A stretch of 62,871 nucleotides of DNA, the filler included, from Neoconidiobolus thromboides FSU 785 (taxonomy: Eukaryota > Fungi > Entomophthoromycota): NCBI GenBank assembly GCA_025603075.1. It is 4 parts of 4 records of this genome, joined end to end, with 100 filler letters (N's around TTAATTAATTAA, not from the genome) between each part and the next. Parts side by side here need not be neighbours in the genome. Positions count along the whole stretch, not along the records: positions 59,453 to 61,704 come from MU626865.1; positions 61,805 to 62,871 come from MU627045.1; 2 more parts are not named here. One strand, given 5' to 3'. Below are positions 61,034 through 62,871 of this stretch, piece after piece. The notes under the pieces are model-generated. The model had not been told where the DNA came from and made no database searches. It worked only from the letters and a program-made list of their open reading frames with translations. Position numbers and translations under genes: made by a program. Position 1 is the first letter of the stretch, and each line of letters begins with the position of its first letter.

Positions 61034-61704
61034 GTCAAAAATATAAAAAAATATAAATAAATTATTTTAGTTAAATGATTAGCTATTTTTATTTAAAGTT
61101 AAAAATAGAAAAATGGTGTTGATATGGTTATTTTTTTGCTTTTTGTTTGAGTTTTATAATAGTTTTTTAAATATGTAGTTTTACTTTTTTAATTATGTTT
61201 ATTTGTTTGATGTTTTTATATTATCAAAAACTTTATAAAAAATAGATAGTTTTAAATAAAATCTATAAAGCTGCTTACTAATTTTTATATTGGTTTTCGA
61301 AAATAATTATATTATCAAACTATTCATCTTTAAAAAGCGTTAAACTATATATAACAGCAACCTTAAAAAACACCTTTTTGCTGAATTTTTTTAATCTTTA
61401 TATATGGTAAACTTTGATCTAACTAAATAAATATAAATATTTTTAATTTATATTTTATTACTTTTAAAAATGTTTTGAAATTTTTTTAAATATTAAATTA
61501 TTAATTCTTATAAAGCTATTGAGTAATTAAAAAATCATAAAGTTATTAAAGAATTTTTTAAACAACCCCATACTAACAAACATAGACATTTTAACGAAAA
61601 AGATACTATAAACATAGAAATAATACTAAATAAAAGTAAATTTTACAATTATTTAATCAAGTATGAGGTAGATAATATCAAAAAATAGTACAACATTTAT
61701 TTCA

Positions 61705-61804
61705 NNNNNNNNNNNNNNNNNNNNNNNNNNNNNNNNNNNNNNNNNNNNTTAATTAATTAANNNNNNNNNNNNNNNNNNNNNNNNNNNNNNNNNNNNNNNN
61801 NNNN
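61705..61804. other. Artificial contig spacer
   Basis: 44N-TTAATTAATTAA-44N. Confidence 0.95.
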
Positions 61805-61805
61805 A

Positions 61806-62495
61806 TATCTAAGATATACCAAAAAGCAGCCATTATATATCCATAATTATTTATGTCGGATCCCAAATAATCATTGTGAACAGCATGGCTATCATTTATT
61901 AATTCGAAGAAATATACTGTTTTGTATAACACAGATACTTTTAGTAAACCCAATAATGGATAGTAATCCCATACAAATGGAAGTCCCTCTAAAAGACATG
62001 TTGATTATTCTAGAGGCAGGAATTAAAATGTTTTGTTTTTATAAGATAATAACCTATGTCTATTTTAAAAATATAATCGAACTTTTAAGTGAAACTGAAG
62101 GTAATGAAGACCTGATTAATGAGATTGAAACTTACCTAAGTGAAACCCCAGAACCCAATATAAACCATTACCTTGATGTTTCGATTTATGTGACCATCAA
62201 GTCGCTTCATTTTGAAAACCTACTTTATTCCATGTATGTGTTCCTATTAGCTATAACCTCGGAGGATTTTCAGCTTCGAAGCAATTATTCTAATGAAATG
62301 ATGGATTATTTGAAACATAACGTATTAATTATTTTGCAAATACTTCAACTTGCTTACAAATCAAAACATATCTATAAAAAATTGGATATCGATTATACTT
62401 TTCAAAGGTTAAAGATTATATTGACTAATTTTACGATTTCAAAGAAGTTTTTGGAAGATATCAAGAGCATTGTGAATATCGATCAGTTTTATTAA
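61806..62495 (+). CDS. 5'-truncated hypothetical helical protein
   Basis: The frame is open without stops from the gap to TAA at 62495 (about 230 codons), which is unlikely by chance in such AT-rich DNA. No family recognised. Confidence 0.55.
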   Translation, partial: YLRYTKKQPLYIHNYLCRIPNNHCEQHGYHLLIRRNILFCITQILLVNPIMDSNPIQMEVPLKDMLIILEAGIKMFCFYKIITYVYFKNIIELLSETEGNEDLINEIETYLSETPEPNINHYLDVSIYVTIKSLHFENLLYSMYVFLLAITSEDFQLRSNYSNEMMDYLKHNVLIILQILQLAYKSKHIYKKLDIDYTFQRLKIILTNFTISKKFLEDIKSIVNIDQFY

Positions 62496-62704
62496 AGCTA
62501 TTTATGTTTTTATTTTTATCTTTTATTCATAAATTTATTTATTGTATTATAACAGAAGTTTAAATGATTTAGTGAGAATAGAATAAGGCTAGTTAATTCC
62601 ATTTGAAAAAGCGATATTTTTTGGTTCAAAAACGGGTCTTATGATATAAAACTCAGATTTTTTATTTTTTAATTCTAAAAAACATATCATTTTAATTTAA
62701 TACC

Positions 62705-62871
62705 ATGATAATTAAAGGTTACACTTTTGATACAAGTGGGGCTAAAAGGAAATATACATTACATAATATAAGAACGAAACGAGAGAAAGTAAATGAAAGG
62801 ATAGACCTTTTAGAGGCACAAACTAAACAGTTGTTTCAAGCGATAAATGAAATTGAATGTGAGTTAAAAAG
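62705..62871 (+). CDS. Start of a possible gene with basic region and coiled coil, cut by window end
   Basis: MIIKGYTFDTSGAKRKYTLHNIRTKREKVNERIDLLEAQTKQLFQAINEIECELK, open to the window edge. Confidence 0.35.
   Translation, partial: MIIKGYTFDTSGAKRKYTLHNIRTKREKVNERIDLLEAQTKQLFQAINEIECELK

Overview
AT-rich, intron-containing fungal genomic DNA. The gene content (Zn2Cys6 factors, CBM19-like proteins, F-box relic) and composition would fit an early-diverging lineage such as Entomophthorales, but that is inference. The window is four contigs joined by three identical 100-bp artificial spacers (44 N + TTAATTAATTAA + 44 N). Contig 1 (1-31536) is gene-dense: UBR1, ATG26, two CBM19-like secreted proteins, Hsp110, CaiB/BaiF CoA-transferase, Opy2-like protein, a degenerate Sec7 protein, ADP/ATP carrier and METTL16. 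It ends in a (TTAGGG)n telomere that starts exactly at the terminal CA of a solo-LTR-like element. A second, diverged copy of that element lies at 60567-61033. Contig 2 carries a partial P450, an M28 aminopeptidase, a DOMON-cytochrome b561, a FAR-17a/AIG1-like protein, two Kelch-like surface paralogues, GILT, two tandem Zn2Cys6 factors, VPS45 and pseudogenes. About ten copies of a ~100-bp MITE flanked by TA dinucleotides are scattered through intergenic DNA. No rRNA, tRNA or CRISPR could be supported. All alignments were made by eye.
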